A stretch of 64,000 nt of DNA from NCBI GenBank assembly GCA_040275885.1, contig JBEOKN010000068.1:3263-67262 (forward strand), given 5' to 3'. Both the position numbers and the translations under genes were made by a program. This stretch comes from Azonexus sp. (GTDB lineage: Bacteria > Pseudomonadota > Gammaproteobacteria > Burkholderiales > Rhodocyclaceae). Of the stretch, positions 63,170-64,000 are shown piece by piece; positions within the stretch are counted from its first letter, which is position 1; the number at the start of each line of letters is the position of its first letter. Under the pieces are notes generated by a model. The model was not told the DNA's origin. It did no database searches and was given only the letters and a program-made list of their open reading frames with translations.

Positions 63170-63688
63170 ATGAAGAAGCTCGTTACGCTGGTTTTCGCCC
63201 TGTTGATTACCGGTTGCGCCTCTTATGACGGACGCGGACTCACGCCCGGTGTCAGCAGCCGCGAAGATGTCATCCAGTTGATGGGGGAACCCGCGATGCG
63301 CTGGCAGGAGCCGGGTGGCGGCCAGTTACTCGCCTTTCCGCGCGGCCCGGCTGGTTTCAACACCTACATGGTGACGATCGCCGGCAATGGTTTGATGTCA
63401 AGTCTGCAAGCTGTCCTCAACACGAAACACTTCGCCCTGATCCGCGAAGGCATGACCGAGGAACAGGTTCTCCGCATACTCGGTCCCTCGACACCGCAGT
63501 GGACGGTCTTTTTCGACCGCCGCAATGAACTGGTCTGGGAATGGCGCTTCTGCAATGCCTGGAACGAGCCTTCGCGGTTCGATGTACTGTTCGACGGCAC
63601 GACGAAGCGGGTTCGTACGACGCAGAGCTATCCTGAAAGCATGACCATGTTTGTTCCACCGCCCCCTTGCGGCAACCAGACAGAGTAA
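63170..63688 (+). CDS. Lipoprotein with tandem SmpA/OmlA (BamE-like) domains
   Basis: Lipobox LITG|C; two repeats of G(V/M)(S/T)xE(D/Q)Vxx(L/I)(M/L)GxP; WEWRF. Confidence 0.7.
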   Translation: MKKLVTLVFALLITGCASYDGRGLTPGVSSREDVIQLMGEPAMRWQEPGGGQLLAFPRGPAGFNTYMVTIAGNGLMSSLQAVLNTKHFALIREGMTEEQVLRILGPSTPQWTVFFDRRNELVWEWRFCNAWNEPSRFDVLFDGTTKRVRTTQSYPESMTMFVPPPPCGNQTE

Positions 63689-63714
63689 GCAACCGCAGTT
63701 TCGCGCAGATGAAG

Positions 63715-63735
63715 AAGGCCCCTTGCGGGGCCTTT
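63715..63735. terminator. Rho-independent terminator between convergent genes
   Basis: AAGGCCCC-TTGC-GGGGCCTTT. Confidence 0.75.
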
Positions 63736-63771
63736 CGTTATTGGAGGCATCGCCAATTCCGATATCGCCCT

Positions 63772-64000
63772 TCAGTTCAGGTCCGGATCGACGACGTAGA
63801 CCGCTCCGCCATAATTGGCCTGGAGGGCATAGCCTTTTTCGCTGAGCTGATAGACGTTGATGTACGGATTGGCCGAAATCTGTACGGCCGTGGTGCCGAC
63901 AGTCGTCGATGCCATCAGGTCACCACCGACCTTGTCGCCAACCTTGAACTGGTCAAGCGCTTCCTTCGACTTGAAGACGAAGATCTGGTAGAGCTCCTGA
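63772..64000 (-). CDS. 3' end of a probable Ysc84/SYLF-like protein (partial)
   Basis: Manual translation QELYQIFVFKSKEALDQFKVGDKVGGDLMASTTVGTTAVQISANPYINVYQLSEKGYALQANYGGAVYVVDPDLN*, resembling the IFVFxxxxALxxF SYLF pattern. Confidence 0.5.
   Translation of the reverse strand, partial: QELYQIFVFKSKEALDQFKVGDKVGGDLMASTTVGTTAVQISANPYINVYQLSEKGYALQANYGGAVYVVDPDLN

Overview
High-GC, mostly core-genome window. Gene content and synteny suggest a betaproteobacterium, probably Rhodocyclales (Azonexus/Dechloromonas/Accumulibacter-like; inferred from protein style, not a database search). From left to right: actP-yjcH acetate uptake and tauE; a three-gene wax-ester/TAG synthase-SDR-NAD(P)-binding cassette starting about 21 nt after a 6S RNA (zapB-like, zapA, ssrS); an AdoCbl riboswitch-led corrinoid uptake/salvage cluster (btuBCD, cobO, cobB, an inverted cobQ, cbiB, cobD, btuF); selO; cca, NDUFA9-like, DUF1631, slt and ygfA; cysK-malY; an orphan CsoSCA-like beta-carbonic anhydrase; ilvA; a 1291-aa FAD/Fe-S oxidoreductase; HIT; a FimW/PilZ-like protein; ubiE-tim44-ubiJ without ubiB; the full atp operon; parB-parA-rsmG-mnmG (origin-proximal block); a FecR-like/Pro-rich protein; a HAAT ABC transporter with a triple LivH-LivM-LivG fusion; ribE coupled to DUF2157/DUF4824-like genes; and two small envelope-type genes. 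I saw no tRNA, rRNA, CRISPR, transposase, integrase or defence genes. The most promising poorly described items are the 6S-linked wax-ester cassette with a basic histone-like tail, the carboxysome-free CsoSCA-like enzyme, the FecR/Pro-repeat protein, the FimW-like insertion, the ribE-DUF2157-DUF4824 module, the triple ABC fusion and an unannotated signal-peptide sORF. All family assignments come from motif recognition by eye, and comparative synteny statements are from recall.
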